The notes beneath the pieces were generated by a model, which saw nothing but the letters and a program-made list of their open reading frames with translations, did no database searches and had not been told where the DNA came from. The translations under genes and the position numbers were made by a program. Below are positions 25,684 through 37,988 of a stretch of 55,459 nucleotides of DNA, piece after piece; position 1 is the stretch's first letter; each line of letters starts with the position of its first letter. The DNA comes from Octopus sinensis (Eukaryota), in NCBI RefSeq assembly GCF_006345805.1, contig NW_021833732.1, positions 1 through 55,459 of the forward strand. The letters are read 5' to 3'.

Positions 25684-25849
25684 TATATATATATAGAGAG
25701 AGAGAATATGTCATTTTAAAGTTTGTATATATCAATACATATATTTTCAGCTGTTACCCGCTACACATCATACTTTAGAACTTATTGGTGGGTGATGTCT
25801 TCTTAATGAATAATTTCTTTACCTCTCTAACTGCTGAGATATAGCAGAG

Positions 25850-26410
25850 AGTAGATTCCACATAAATGGATACAGATGTTCAAGAAATATATGTTCCCTG
25901 GTTGCAATGTCTCCAAACATGAATCGTTGACACCACAGATAATAAAGTCGAAACTTAAACTGCTCGAGTAACAAATGATAACTCGTTATATTTTGTCACA
26001 TCGTCTCAACCTTATTCTATTCCACGAAGCATATAATATATCGAATGCTTAAACTTCTATATGCCAAAGTGTAATAGAATTTCTGATAACATTTCCAACT
26101 GCCCTGCCGTCTTTCAAAGACATTTCATTTATCGCAAACATTACAGAACAATTTTGGAGATTTGAAACAGCAAATTGAAAACGCTGTTCGGTTGTATGTC
26201 AATGAAAACATGGAATTTGTATTGGAAACTGGGGTATCACAAAACTGTGGGTTTGTTGCATTAAATCATTCTTTATCAGCTTTAATATTCTACTTGGATA
26301 ATAGGAACTTCGCTCCCATAACTGATCAAAGATCCTTCGCTCACACGCCTGATCCAAGAAACATTCCAACATCAAAAATGACAGAATCGAGAAATGGCAG
26401 CTGTAACTAA
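25850..26410 (+). pseudogene. Degenerate Gypsy pol (RT-RNase H junction)
   Basis: FGDLKQQIENAV...ENMEFVLETGVS...ALNH (cf. F..LK..I..A...PF.VETDAS..ATLNQ) then FYLDNRNFAPITDQRS (cf. HYL.GR.F.LITDQRS), with an internal deletion. Confidence 0.55.
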
Positions 26411-26606
26411 ATCTCCCACTCCCGCCTATTTCTCTCTTCTCTCTCTCTCCTCCCTCCACTCTCTTTCCTTCCTCCCGCGCTCACTCTCTCTTTTACTCAC
26501 ATATGCATACACACATGCATATATATAGACACACAGGCACATATACATATAATATACACGCACATACACACATATATATGTATATATGTATGCATATATA
26601 TATCTG

Positions 26607-26685
<79 letters not shown>

Positions 26686-26710
26686 CACATATTTATATAT
26701 ATATATATAT

Positions 26711-26751
<41 letters not shown>

Positions 26752-27059
26752 GAGAGATAAATACATACATAAATATATGTGTCTGTATACTTGTATGTGT
26801 GTGTTTTCTTCATGCGTGCAATGATATAATATTCCTTCAGATTTTCTATGGAGGCTTTCTTCAGCTGTTCCTGCTATGACTCGAAGATTTTCTACGATGC
26901 CATTCACTTCATTTGTTTGATCAATTCATTATGGATTCCGTCGACCGAGAGAATTCCTGCACACTCGTAATCATTGTCTTTGGAAATGTCAGGAATTTAT
27001 TTCTACGCGAAATATATGTGGTTGCAGCAGAACGAATATCATATATGTGAGATAGAGTG

Positions 27060-27086
27060 AAGATAGATAGATAGATAGATAGATAG

Positions 27087-27143
<57 letters not shown>

Positions 27144-27170
27144 GATAGATAGATAGACAGATAGATAGAC

Positions 27171-27247
<77 letters not shown>

Positions 27248-27380
27248 CAGATAGATAGATAGACAGATAGATAGACAGATAGATAGATAGATAGATAGTA
27301 GATAGATAGATAGTAGATAGATAGATAGATAGATAGATAGATATAGATAGATAGATAGATAGATAGACAGATAGATAGAC

Positions 27381-27471
<91 letters not shown>

Positions 27472-27472
27472 C
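27060..27472. repeat. (ATAG)n array
   Basis: Direct inspection. Confidence 0.95.
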
Positions 27473-27585
27473 AAAGCATGCAGACTTGAAAGGAATTTTA
27501 CCTTCTAAAATTTTTAGTTTTAACAGTGGAGGTATATTTCGTAAGAATATCTGGAAGGCGGAATAGGTAGAGAAAAGTATATATT

Positions 27586-28003
27586 CTTTTCTACTCTAAC
27601 CTAAATTTTGGGGGAGGAAGCAAGTCGATTATATCGATCTCAGTACGCAACTGGTACTTAATTTATCGACCACGAAAGGATAAAAGGCAAAGTCGACTTC
27701 GGCGGAATTTGAACTCAGAATGTAAAAACAGACGAAATATTGCTAAGCATTCCGCCCGGCGTGGTAACGTTTCTTATTTCTTTATTGCCCACAAGAGGCT
27801 AAACATAGAGGGGACAAACAAGGACAGACAAATGGATTAAGTCGATTATATCGTACCAGTGCGTAACTGGTACTTAATTTATCGACCCCGAAAGGATGAA
27901 AGGCAAAGTCGACCTCGGCGGAATTTGAACTCACAACGTAACGGCAAACGAAATACGGCTAATCATCTCGCCCGGCGTGCTAACGTTTCTGCCAGCTCGC
28001 TAC
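27586..28003 (-). mobile_element. Tandem dimer of SINE family A
   Basis: Full copy 27776-28003 (tail 1) runs directly into a head-clipped copy 27586-27775 carrying a different tail. Confidence 0.85.
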
Positions 28004-28274
28004 TTTGAGAAAAATATATATTGTGTCATTTATATACGTTCTGAGTTCAAATCCGGTTGACGTCAACTTTTCGGCTTATCCTTCCGGGTTCGATAAACTA
28101 AATTGTTTGGACTGAAATGTCAATTAAGAAGCATCTTTTCCTTATAATATTCAATCATAAGTACGTATTATGCACTTTAAAACATCGAACGGTTAGGAAG
28201 GTACATATATTAGTGTAAAACATGAATCAAAGGGGTCAATAGGCAGAAAATTGTTGAGAAACACTGGTCTATAC

Positions 28275-28605
28275 GTTCTGAGTTCAAATTCCGCCGAGGT
28301 CGACTTTGTCCTTTATCTTTTCGGATGATATTTTACTGGTACTTAATTTATCAACACCCCGAAATGATAAAAGGTAAAATCAAACTCGGCGGAATTTGAA
28401 CTCAGAACGTAGCGCCGGGGGAAATGCTTAGCGATATTTCGGCTTTTGCTACGTTCTGTATTCAAATTCCGCCGAGGTCGACTTTACCTTTCATCCTTTT
28501 GGGATCAATAAATCAAGTACCAGTTGAGCACTGGGGCCGATATAATCGACTTACACCATCTCCTGAACTTGCTGGCCTTGTGCCAAATATCGAAATCATT
28601 ATCAT
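28275..28605. mobile_element. Composite +/-/+ SINE-A fold-back
   Basis: A(+) 28275-28330, A(-) 28330-28413, A(+) 28413-28605 ending TGCTGGCCTTGTGCCAAATATCGAAATCATT (tail 2). Confidence 0.85.
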
Positions 28606-28609
28606 TTTT

Positions 28610-28945
28610 GGTGGTCTCTGGTGAGGAAAGTTTTAATCTTGTGTCTCAAATAAAAGCTTTTCAGTCACTGCTTTGAGACCTGTTCTTCTCAACTAGCGTT
28701 GGAATGTTACTTTGTCTATTTCTCCTTTTTTCAGCTTATTCAAGTATCTGCCATGCAAGGACTTTTCTTACCATCGTTTTATCATGGCATTCTACAGTTC
28801 CAGTTTTACCTAACATTTATAGCTGCTTTACAGTTTTTGTTATTTCTCCTTTTCCTTTATGGCCATCAGTTCTTACGACCTCTGTTTTGTATTTTTCGGT
28901 TTCCTCGAAGACAGAGAACAGTTATTTCTTTATTTTTGGTTCATG

Positions 28946-28948
<3 letters not shown>
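28610..28948 (-). mobile_element. R4/Dong-like fragment (post-RT region)
   Basis: W*EKSLHGRYLNKLKKGEIDKVTFQR*LRRTGLKAVTEKLLFETQD matches W.EK.LHG.Y...ID...S..WL...LK.ETE...AAQD. Confidence 0.7.
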
Positions 28949-28990
<42 letters not shown>

Positions 28991-29036
28991 CATCATCATC
29001 ATCATCATCATTATTATTATTATTATTATTATTATT

Positions 29037-29512
29037 GAGTGAGAGCAGTGCATACCATCAGAGTGACACTGGGGTAAACTATACGAAGCCCAGTATACCC
29101 ATCATGACTACCCGTCTGATAAGGGTACAACAGGTACATGTACCACAACCATATGTGCATGACATGGTGATCTCATATCAAGATAAACAGCACATAACCT
29201 TGCAGGTGGGGTCCAGTTAGAATTTTTCTTCTGGTCGATTAACCAATCACGCTCAAAAGGTCCCTGAATAAGGGTTGTTTAATGATGTTGAACGAAACTC
29301 TCATGTTTCCAGAGGTGAATTATTCAAACCCCAAAGAATCCCTCGCATCACATGGCTACGATGCTCCCCTACTACTTCTGCTCGTGATCAGAGATGCACA
29401 TATCGTCAGCCACTAAGGGACATGGTTAACTTGTTAAGGTCAAGCAACTGACAAACAACTCTGTGGTATTGAGCAGAATATTTGCTGTAGCCCATCTTTT
29501 ATACCAAGACAA
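29037..29512 (-). mobile_element. Unit D, 5'-truncated, inside a (TAA)n tract
   Basis: Reverse complement of ~40518-40988; (TTA)n on both sides. Confidence 0.88.
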
Positions 29513-29584
<72 letters not shown>

Positions 29585-29618
29585 GTTGTTGTTGTTATTA
29601 TTATTATTATTATTATCA

Positions 29619-29683
<65 letters not shown>

Positions 29684-30382
29684 TTCGACATTACCCCTGT
29701 CTTTATCATTAATATTATTATGAATAACAACAGCAACAACAACAACGACGATAACGACTACAACGACAATGATACTTCTTAGTTATTGTACGATGTGAGA
29801 TATTTCAGATAATGTAATATCAGTATGACAACTGATGAAGGTGAAACTGAAATATCACAGATATATGAGATTAATAAAAAGATATAAGTTTCACGATATC
29901 TACTAAGTTATATCAACGAGATATCATTTATATTATAACTGAGGTATATTATAACTGAGGTTATATCATTTATATTATATTATATTATATTATAGCTGAG
30001 TCATATCAATGTAAAACTATTTATAATATACACATGTCGGACTGTTTCTGTAGAGGAGAGAATAAATGGTATTTTATTATTATATTTGTTTCCAAAGAAT
30101 ATTAATTCCTACAAAAGCATAGGATCACAAGATCTAGAAGGTGCGTAATGGGTAGAACTGGTTACCCACAACCGAAATGTTGAAATAGTATTTGTTTCGT
30201 CCCGAAATATGAAATTCTAAATCGGGTTCCCAGTGGAAATATTAGCAGCGTAAGTCTAAAGAAAGGATTCCTTTTGTTTTTAAATTTGCTGGGCTAGGGC
30301 TTGAAGGAAGGGACGGAGGTCCTGGCATTCAGAGGGTCTCGAACACCAGTGAGATTGATATAATTAGCATTCATCTTGAGCA

Positions 30383-30597
30383 AGGCGGCGAGCTGGCAGA
30401 ATCGTTAGCACGCCTGGCGAAATGCTTAGCTGCAGTTCGTCCGTCTTCTAGTTCTGAGTTCAGATTCCGTCCAGGTCGACTTTGCTTTTCATCCTTTCGG
30501 GGTCGATAAAATAAAAACCAGTCGAACACTGGGGTTGATGTAATCGATTTATACCCTTTCCCGAAATGTCTGCCCTTGTGTCAGAGTGTGAAGCCAG
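30383..30597 (+). mobile_element. SINE family A, tail type 2
   Basis: Full head; tail ...CCCTTTCCCGAAATGTCTGCCCTTGTGTCAG. Confidence 0.85.
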
Positions 30598-30599
30598 TA

Positions 30600-31190
30600 T
30601 CCATCTTGAGCCTTTGTATATCAACTCCCGAATGAAGAGAGTTAAGCAGAGAAGGGAAGGGAATTACGAAGGGCTGACGTTCTAGGGTGGAAAGATTAGG
30701 TGAATTGACCGGATGAAGGCTGGTGGTGGTGGTGGTGGTGGTGGTGGGGTTGGGGACAATACGGGTAAGGACAGAAGAGACAAATGAGTCGAAAGTGCCT
30801 CCGAGAAGGTGATAGAGTCCATCTATCTCCAAGGAGCAAAAGCCAGTAGTGATAGGAAAGGCAGAGCGGACACAGTAGGAGTGAACTAGAGGCTACATCG
30901 TGTCCGTGAATGACTATATGTCAATCAGTTGGGAGGCTATTTCCCGATCTAAGACATCTAAGTGTGCGGCAACAGCAACAATTCCAGAAACAGTAGCAAC
31001 AACACCGTCCCAGATGTGAAAATGGTATTGTAAAATATCAATAAATGTTAACGTTTGAAGAATTTAGTTTCCTTGAAGAGGGGAGCCAATCGCTAGGATA
31101 AGGTCCAAGCACTCACCGCCATTTGAAGTTACCACACTAAATTATCGGATGCATCTGATTTGCCCCGCAATCGTTATTCATTTATTACAA
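30600..31190 (-). mobile_element. L2/CR1-group LINE RT C-terminus, degenerate
   Basis: QYHFHIWDG...LDVLDR...LI...PL...GFCSLEI...SLHPV...SLLNSL...FK-like order, typical of jockey-group ORF2 ends. Confidence 0.6.
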
Positions 31191-31228
31191 TAATGGATCT
31201 TGTTGCTCTCCAAAACTGTGCGTATATA

Positions 31229-32454
31229 CAGAGTGCCCCCATGCTTAAAACTCTTCCTAAAGAATATCGGTTCAGTTAATATTATATAATCTACATTTTA
31301 CATAAAAATTTGCATATGTCTTTTGTTCATGTGTCTATTGTTTCTTTCGTCTTTTAACAGTCTTTTAAGCAAACATGGCGTCGAAAGCAAAACGTGACTA
31401 GATTGTCGCTTTGAAAACAGCTGGAGTGAGCAACAAAACAGTTGAACGTGTGTCGTAAGACAGTGTTCAATACCGGGAAACGATATATAGAGTCCGCTAC
31501 AACCTCTAGGAAGGCAATTCCTGATAGGAAACAATCAATTCGTACCAAACAAGTTGCTGAAGTTGTGAAGAAGCGGATGAACCGTACTCGCAGCAGGAGT
31601 GCAAGAAATTCTTGATATTTCGAAATCGTCAATGCACAGAATTTTTAAAGAGGATTTAATAATTAACAGCATATAAAAAGCAATCCTGGCAATTAATTTC
31701 AGCAGCTTCCAAGAAGGAACGGCTAGACAGGGGTAAAACCATGTTAACCGAGATGAAGCGTAGTGCTAACAAAGTTTTGATCCGGTCCGATGAGAAGTAT
31801 TTGACTGTGGAGGCAGTGACCAACAGACAGACTGACCAATTTTATGCCCGTAATGCAGGAGACTTGCCCGAAGGTTGCAGGAATCATTTACGCTGTCAGA
31901 AACCAGCTTCACTCACGGTGTGGGCCGCAGTTGCATCTGATGTGTCCAAGCCTCCATTGATCTTCATCGACGCTGGTGTCAAGGTCAACAGTGGAATTTA
32001 TGTGGAAATGTTGGATGAGAAAGTGTTACTCCGAGTCACAAAAACCTTTGCTGACTGCTACATCCTCACTCCGGCCCACACATCCAATTTGACACAGAGG
32101 TAGTGCAAAGAGTATTTCAGTGACTTTTGGGACAATATGATATGGTCTCCTTTAAGTCCATACATTATTCCGATAGACTTTGCTATTTGGTCCATCTTAG
32201 AGAGTAATGTTTATGCTCACTCCTATTCAAATGTATCAGATCTGAAGAAAGTCCTTCTGTCTTCATGGGTCACGTTTGATGAAGAGGTAGTACGACGCTC
32301 ATGCAATGCAGTGACCACACGTTTGCAGGCTACGATCAAGGCGGAAGGGGGTCATTTTGAAATGTAATTACTGCAATGGATTTCATTATCCTACCTTAAG
32401 TTTATTTTGAATAATTAAGAGACATCAATGCGTAAATCTTTGTGGGACACCCTG
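31229..32454 (+). mobile_element. Tc1/mariner DNA transposon, maT (DD37D)-like, pseudogenised
   Basis: TA-CAGAGTGCCCC ... GGGACACCCTG-TA termini; transposase 31375-32367 with SDEK, QKPAS.TVWAAV, PAHT, SPYIIPIDFAIWSILE, GGHFE; contains stops and frameshifts. Confidence 0.88.
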
Positions 32455-32599
32455 TATATATGCACATACATTCATACAAATACACACTCACACGCACACA
32501 TACATACACACGTACACATACATACGCACACACACACGCACGCACGCGCGCGCGCGCACGCACATATAAATACATACATGCGCACACGTAGACACATAT

Positions 32600-33005
32600 A
32601 TTTCTAATGTGGGCACAAAGCCAGAAGTCCGTTGTTGCTGTTGTTGTTGTTGTTGTTAAGCAAGAAGACGGGTCAGGGTGATTAGGTGATGGTCTAGGGC
32701 TTAGGGGCGGGAGACCCCAGACCTTGGAAAAATAAAAACTTTGGTCGTCTTGTTGTAGTCGAGGGCTCTTCGTTGATGCCCGACACCACAGGGAGGTGGC
32801 CCTCGTAGTCGCTGGAAACGGAGATCTCCAGGTCCAAATTCTTGGACGACTCCAGAAGTTTGTGAGAAGTGGAGGTTAATCGATTTCATCGACTCGAGTG
32901 CTCAGCTGGTACTTATTTCATCAACATCGGGGGGAATGTAACTCAGCGAGTATAGCCAGAAGAAATGCGGCTGTACCACTCTATCCAGCGTGCTAACACT
33001 TCTAT
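32600..33005 (-). mobile_element. Degenerate SINE family A, tail split by an insertion
   Basis: A body 32860-33005; remaining tail CTTTGTGCCCACATTAGAAAT at 32600-32620. Confidence 0.65.
32629..32851 (-). mobile_element. 223-bp GC-rich retro-insert with (AAC)n tail and 8-bp TSD
   Basis: CCAGAAGT at 32621-32628 and 32852-32859; (GTT)n at one end. Confidence 0.7.
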
Positions 33006-33302
33006 GCCTTAGATGTGTGTGTGTGTATATGTATGTGTGTGTGTGTGGTGTGTGTGTCTCAATGTCAGCTTCCATATACGATGCATTGGTCTCGAAAATT
33101 TGAATTAAAATCTTCCTTCAATTTTGTTATTGGTCAATACTTATCAACAACAACAGTATGTGTGCGCACGTTTGCGTACATGTGCGTTTGACTAAGCATG
33201 TTTCTTTGCGTGTGTGTGTGTCTGTGGCTGTGTGATTATTGTTGTGTATATGTGTGTGATTGTATCAGTTTCCTGTGAGTCTATGTGTGTACATTATGTA
33301 TG

Positions 33303-33353
<51 letters not shown>

Positions 33354-34028
33354 GTGTATATGTATGTGTGTGTGTGTGTGTATGTATATAAGTATGTATG
33401 TATATGTATATTTTTGTGCATATATATATGCATATTTATGCATGTATGAACACATAGCTACACACACACACACACACACACACATACACATCTACATAAT
33501 ATCGTTCGAAGCATCCTACTGCTCGGTTCGTGTGGCAAATGTATCCGACCATTGCTTCGGATCGATCAAAGACTTTCGAATGAAACTTGGTAAACAGAAA
33601 CTCTAGGAACAAGTGGTCTTTTACCGCTTTCTCCGTTGGTCTATTTCTCACCTTCCAAGAGAAGCATTGTTGTCATGTATACATTCAGAGTCGTGCAGAG
33701 CAAGTCTCCAGATTGGACATAACTTCTCTTCCTGTTCCTGACTTTCTCGCAGGGGGACATTCACAAACACAATTTATTTGTGAATTACGCTCGCGGCTAC
33801 GACAGAACAATTTAATCTAAAACAAAGTCAATTCAATTCCAGTGTTATCGTACATATTCCATCATTAAGAAGTTAAGGTCAGTCTGATGTGTTCGAGATT
33901 ACCTACAGAACGAAATACATTTGCCTGCCGACTACATTGTTTCTCTCGCTGATAAATGTGCAGTTCGATGTAAGCGTAGATTTAATTGCCTCAAAAGAAA
34001 TATTTACATCAATACATTATATATTCAT

Positions 34029-34443
34029 ATTTCTTTATTGCCCACAAGGGTCTAAGCATAAAAGGGACAAACAAGGATAGACAGATGGATTAAGTCGATT
34101 ACATCAACCCCAGTGCGTAACTCGTACTTAATTTATCGACACCGAAAGGATGAAAGGCAATGTCGACCTCGGCGGAATTTGAACTCAGAACGTAACGGCA
34201 GACGAAATACCTATTTCTTTACTACCCACAAGGGGCTAAGCACAGAGGGGACAAACAAGGACAGACAAACGGATTAAGTCGATTATAACGACCCCAGTGC
34301 GTAACTGGTACTTATTTAATTGACCCCGAAAGGATGAAAGGCAAAGTCGACCTCGGGGAAATTTGAACTCACAACGTAACGGCAGACGAAATACGGCTAA
34401 GCATTTCGCCCGGCGTGCTAACGTTTCTGCCAGTTCGCCGCCT
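34029..34443 (-). mobile_element. Tandem dimer of SINE family A
   Basis: Full copy 34213-34443 followed by a head-clipped copy 34029-34212; both have tail 1. Confidence 0.9.
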
Positions 34444-34489
34444 TTTTATATATTCTTGTAATCTTTTATACATTAATTTTTTTTATTAG

Positions 34490-34720
34490 TTTCAGTATTT
34501 CGACTATGGCCATGCTGAAGCAACATCTTGAAGGGTTTTTAGTTGAACAAATCAACGCCAGTACGTATTTCTTTAAGCCTGGTAGTTACTCTATCCTTCT
34601 CATATGCCGAACCGCTAAGTTACGGAAACAAAAACAAAACAGGCGATAGTGGAACACAAACACAAATACAATGATTGATACACACATAAATACATACACA
34701 CATGCACAACATATGTATGC

Positions 34721-34794
<74 letters not shown>

Positions 34795-34957
34795 TGTGTG
34801 TGTGTGTTGTGTGTGTGTGAAAGAAGGTTTGAAAAGAGCAATTTTAAAAGATATTTATTCACTTGACCGGTTTCTAAATCCACTATTCATACGGTGCCAC
34901 GCGGTGGGACTGAACCCGGAACTGTGTGATAGAGAAGCAAACTTTTTACCACTCAGC
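34490..34957 (-). mobile_element. Diverged SINE family B
   Basis: Tail GCCATGCTGAAGCAAC, (GT)n linker, head remnant GGTGCCACGCGGTGGGACTGAACCCGG. Confidence 0.7.
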
Positions 34958-35603
34958 GGCACAATACGTTTTATAAAAAAAATTTTTCACGCCTGCTTAA
35001 AAACGTATTTCATGCCACTTTATAATACATTCAACGGGAATCAGAATTTATCAATCATTTCTGCATTTCCTATTAAAACGTAGAATAAATTGTGATGGCT
35101 ATGCAAGTAAATAATACATACACACATACACTCACTCTCTCACGCACTCTCTTTCTCACTCACAACTCTCTCACACACACACACATACTTGTTTACGTTC
35201 CACCATAAATTCAAATTATATCTAAGAATCTGTATTCCTGTCGTACAGTAGTTTCACTTTCCAACATACATCTGCATGAAGAATATATATGTGTATATAT
35301 ATGTTTGTGTGCTTGTATGCCTATACATACATATGTATATATATTATATATATATTATATTATATATATATATAATATATACATATGTGGATATCTATGT
35401 GTGTGTGCATATATATATATGTGTGTATTTATATATACATATATAAGTGTATGTTCTTAGAAATTAATGTATAATACATATCTCCGTGACCGACCAGGCT
35501 ATCAGATGTTGCTACACATCGCTGGTCACAATGCGCTTCGGATTGTTTTAGCCTTCAAATGACGCCACCCCGCTAAATACATATATATATATATATATAT
35601 AAT

Positions 35604-35645
<42 letters not shown>

Positions 35646-35650
35646 ATATA

Positions 35651-36385
35651 CGGGAAGCTTTATGAAAATAGACAAAAGACGAGGCAGGTGGAAAACAAAC
35701 CCAATTGTATTAGTATGGCGCTCAGGAAATATAAATAAAACAAGTCTTTAACGTTTCGAGCCTACGCTCTTCAACAGAAAGATACACAGAGAAAAAAAAC
35801 ACAGAAAGAAGGAGAGTGAGGGAGCAGAGGGAATGGGAAGAGGGAAGGAGGGAGGGAGAAAGATGGAAGAAGGGAAGAGGAGTAGGGGTGAAAGGATGAA
35901 GGACTGAAGAGAAGTAGGGGTCGGGGGAAAAGTAGGTGAGGAGGGGGAGAGGGGGTTAGATGAGGAGGAGGGGAGAGTTGAGACCAAATGGCGTATAAGA
36001 GCGAAGAGAGAAGATTAATTCTTGTTCACGGCGCAAACGGGAATCCGGATGGCCTCTGTGTAAGAACAAACCGAACACAGACAGGTGTTGCAAGGAGTGA
36101 CCGGTGGAGCGGAATGGCGTGAGACCGTGTGTCGTTCGCAAGGTGGATGTCACGAAGGTGTTCCGCGAACGCGGTCAGCCAAGCGGCGTCCCGTTTGTCC
36201 GATGTACAAGGAATGGCAGAGAGAGCAAGAGACGCAATAGATAATATTGCTGGAGGTGCAGGTGAAGGAGTTGATGATGCGATAGGGTCGATGATGGGTG
36301 CTAGTGAGGAGGGTGGTGTTGGAGAGGTAAGGGCAAGTGCGGCAACGTGGGCGGGAGCAAGGGAACGAGCCGGGTTGGGAGGTAG
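35651..36385 (-). mobile_element. Penelope-like element (Neptune-type) 3' part: GIY-YIG endonuclease plus terminal repeat
   Basis: PGSFPCSRPRCRTCPY...FTCTSSNIIYCVSCSLCHSLYIGQTGRRLADR/FAEHLRDI/GHSLQHLSVFGL...REQELIFSL..PFGLN; two frameshifts; Cys-rich linker. Confidence 0.88.
35745..35782 (-). ncRNA. Minimal type I hammerhead ribozyme motif in the Penelope terminus
   Basis: UCUUU-CUGUUGA-A-GAGC(GUAG)GCUC-GAAA-CGUU-AAAGA; stems I and II fully paired; A6>U in the core. Confidence 0.65.
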
Positions 36386-37272
36386 TATGTACGTATATAC
36401 ACACATATACGTACATATGTGTGTATATATATATGTGCGTGCATATATATATGTATTTATATATATAGTTACATATATAAGTGTATGTTCTTAGAAAGAA
36501 AGACATGCATTTGTAGGTACGTATATGTGCATGACTGCATGTTTGTATGTATTATTTGTTTACATTTTTCGTCAGTTTGTATGATTGCGATTCAGATTGT
36601 TCTTTTATGTTCAGATTGTTCATACTATAAGCGTGTGTGAGAGTGTGTGTGCGTGTGTGTGTGTGTGTGGTGTGTGTGTGTTCATGTGTGTGCGTGTAGG
36701 AGAGTGAGAGGGGGGAATGAGGGAGGGAGAGAGAGAGTAAAATGATTTGACTTGTAAGAAACATTGCCTATTAACGTTGATCTAACTATTGATAAGTAAA
36801 TCATTATCTTGCTTCTCTCTCTCCCTCCCTCTCTCCCTCTCTCCCTCTCTCTCTCTCTCTCTCTCGATCTCTTTCTGTTACACACACAGATACACATACA
36901 CACATACACATGCACACATGCATGTACATATATGTGTGTGTTTGTGTGTGTGTGTTTGTGTAGGTTTTTACGTATACATACACGCTGACGTATATATATA
37001 TGTATATATGCATATATGTATGAACATCTCCACAAAAAACACATTTATACGGAAATAACTAAATTTGCTCGTGGGGTGAATATGTGTGTGTGTGTGTGAG
37101 TGTACGCGCGTGCCTTTGCATGTGTATATTTGTGTATTAGTATATGAACATGTAAAAGTTTCATGCATTATTATGCTTTCATGCGCATACATATTTACAT
37201 ACATGGGTATATATATATATACACGGATACACAAGCACATATATATGCGTATACACGTACACATTAATATGC

Positions 37273-37320
<48 letters not shown>

Positions 37321-37694
37321 GCTCACACACACATGCACGCACGCACGCGCACACACACACACACACAAACACACACACATAAGTTGTCTGATTCCAAAGT
37401 GCAGACTAAAAACAAAAGACAAGCATTTTTGCTTTTTTTGTCATAAAATGGCGGAAATATACATATTTCTGCCCATAATCTGTTTTATAATTAAACAAAA
37501 TATCAAAGACAGGAATTTTTTTTCTTTGTTTTATTTTCATTTTATTATTTTTTTTCTCTAGTTAATTTTTCCTTTCTGAAATCTTTTGTTGTTGTGACTT
37601 TATACCTTTGACTGTGTTTGAAAAATGATGAGGAAAAAACCACTTTTATGGAATCATCTAGAACAGCTTTTGTTGTCATTCATTGTTGCTGTTG

Positions 37695-37820
37695 TCTTCT
37701 TCTTCTTCTTCTTCTTCTTCTTCTTCTTCTTCTTCTTCTTCTTCTTCTTCTTCTTCTTCTTCTTCTTCTTCTTCTTCTTCTTCTTCTTCTTCTTCTTCTT
37801 CTTCTTCTTCTTCTTCTTCT
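37695..37820. repeat. Perfect (TTC)n, ~42 units
   Basis: Direct inspection. Confidence 0.95.
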
Positions 37821-37953
37821 CCTCCTTGATGTCATTTTTTGTCATTGTTGCTATTATTTTTGTTGTTGCTGTTGTTCTTGCTACGATTTTAGTGTTTATT
37901 ATAAGCTGTTTTCTATGAATAATTACTTCCCCGTTAAATCGCAAAAGACAAAC

Positions 37954-37988
<35 letters not shown>

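Noticed and set aside
26162-26410. 82-aa ORF first considered a host exon
   Set aside because: Better explained as a Gypsy RNase H remnant.
26830-26990. Minus-strand ISKDNDYECAGILSVDGIHNELIKQMK resembling the R4 RT end
   Set aside because: Single short degenerate match; not supportable.
29832-29857. CTGATGA-AGGTGAAACT-GAAA hammerhead-like core
   Set aside because: Stem II has only 2 bp and no stem I pairing is found.
33753-33820. Strong acceptor CTTTCTCGCAG|GGGGAC
   Set aside because: All frames stop within 23 codons and there is no supporting context.
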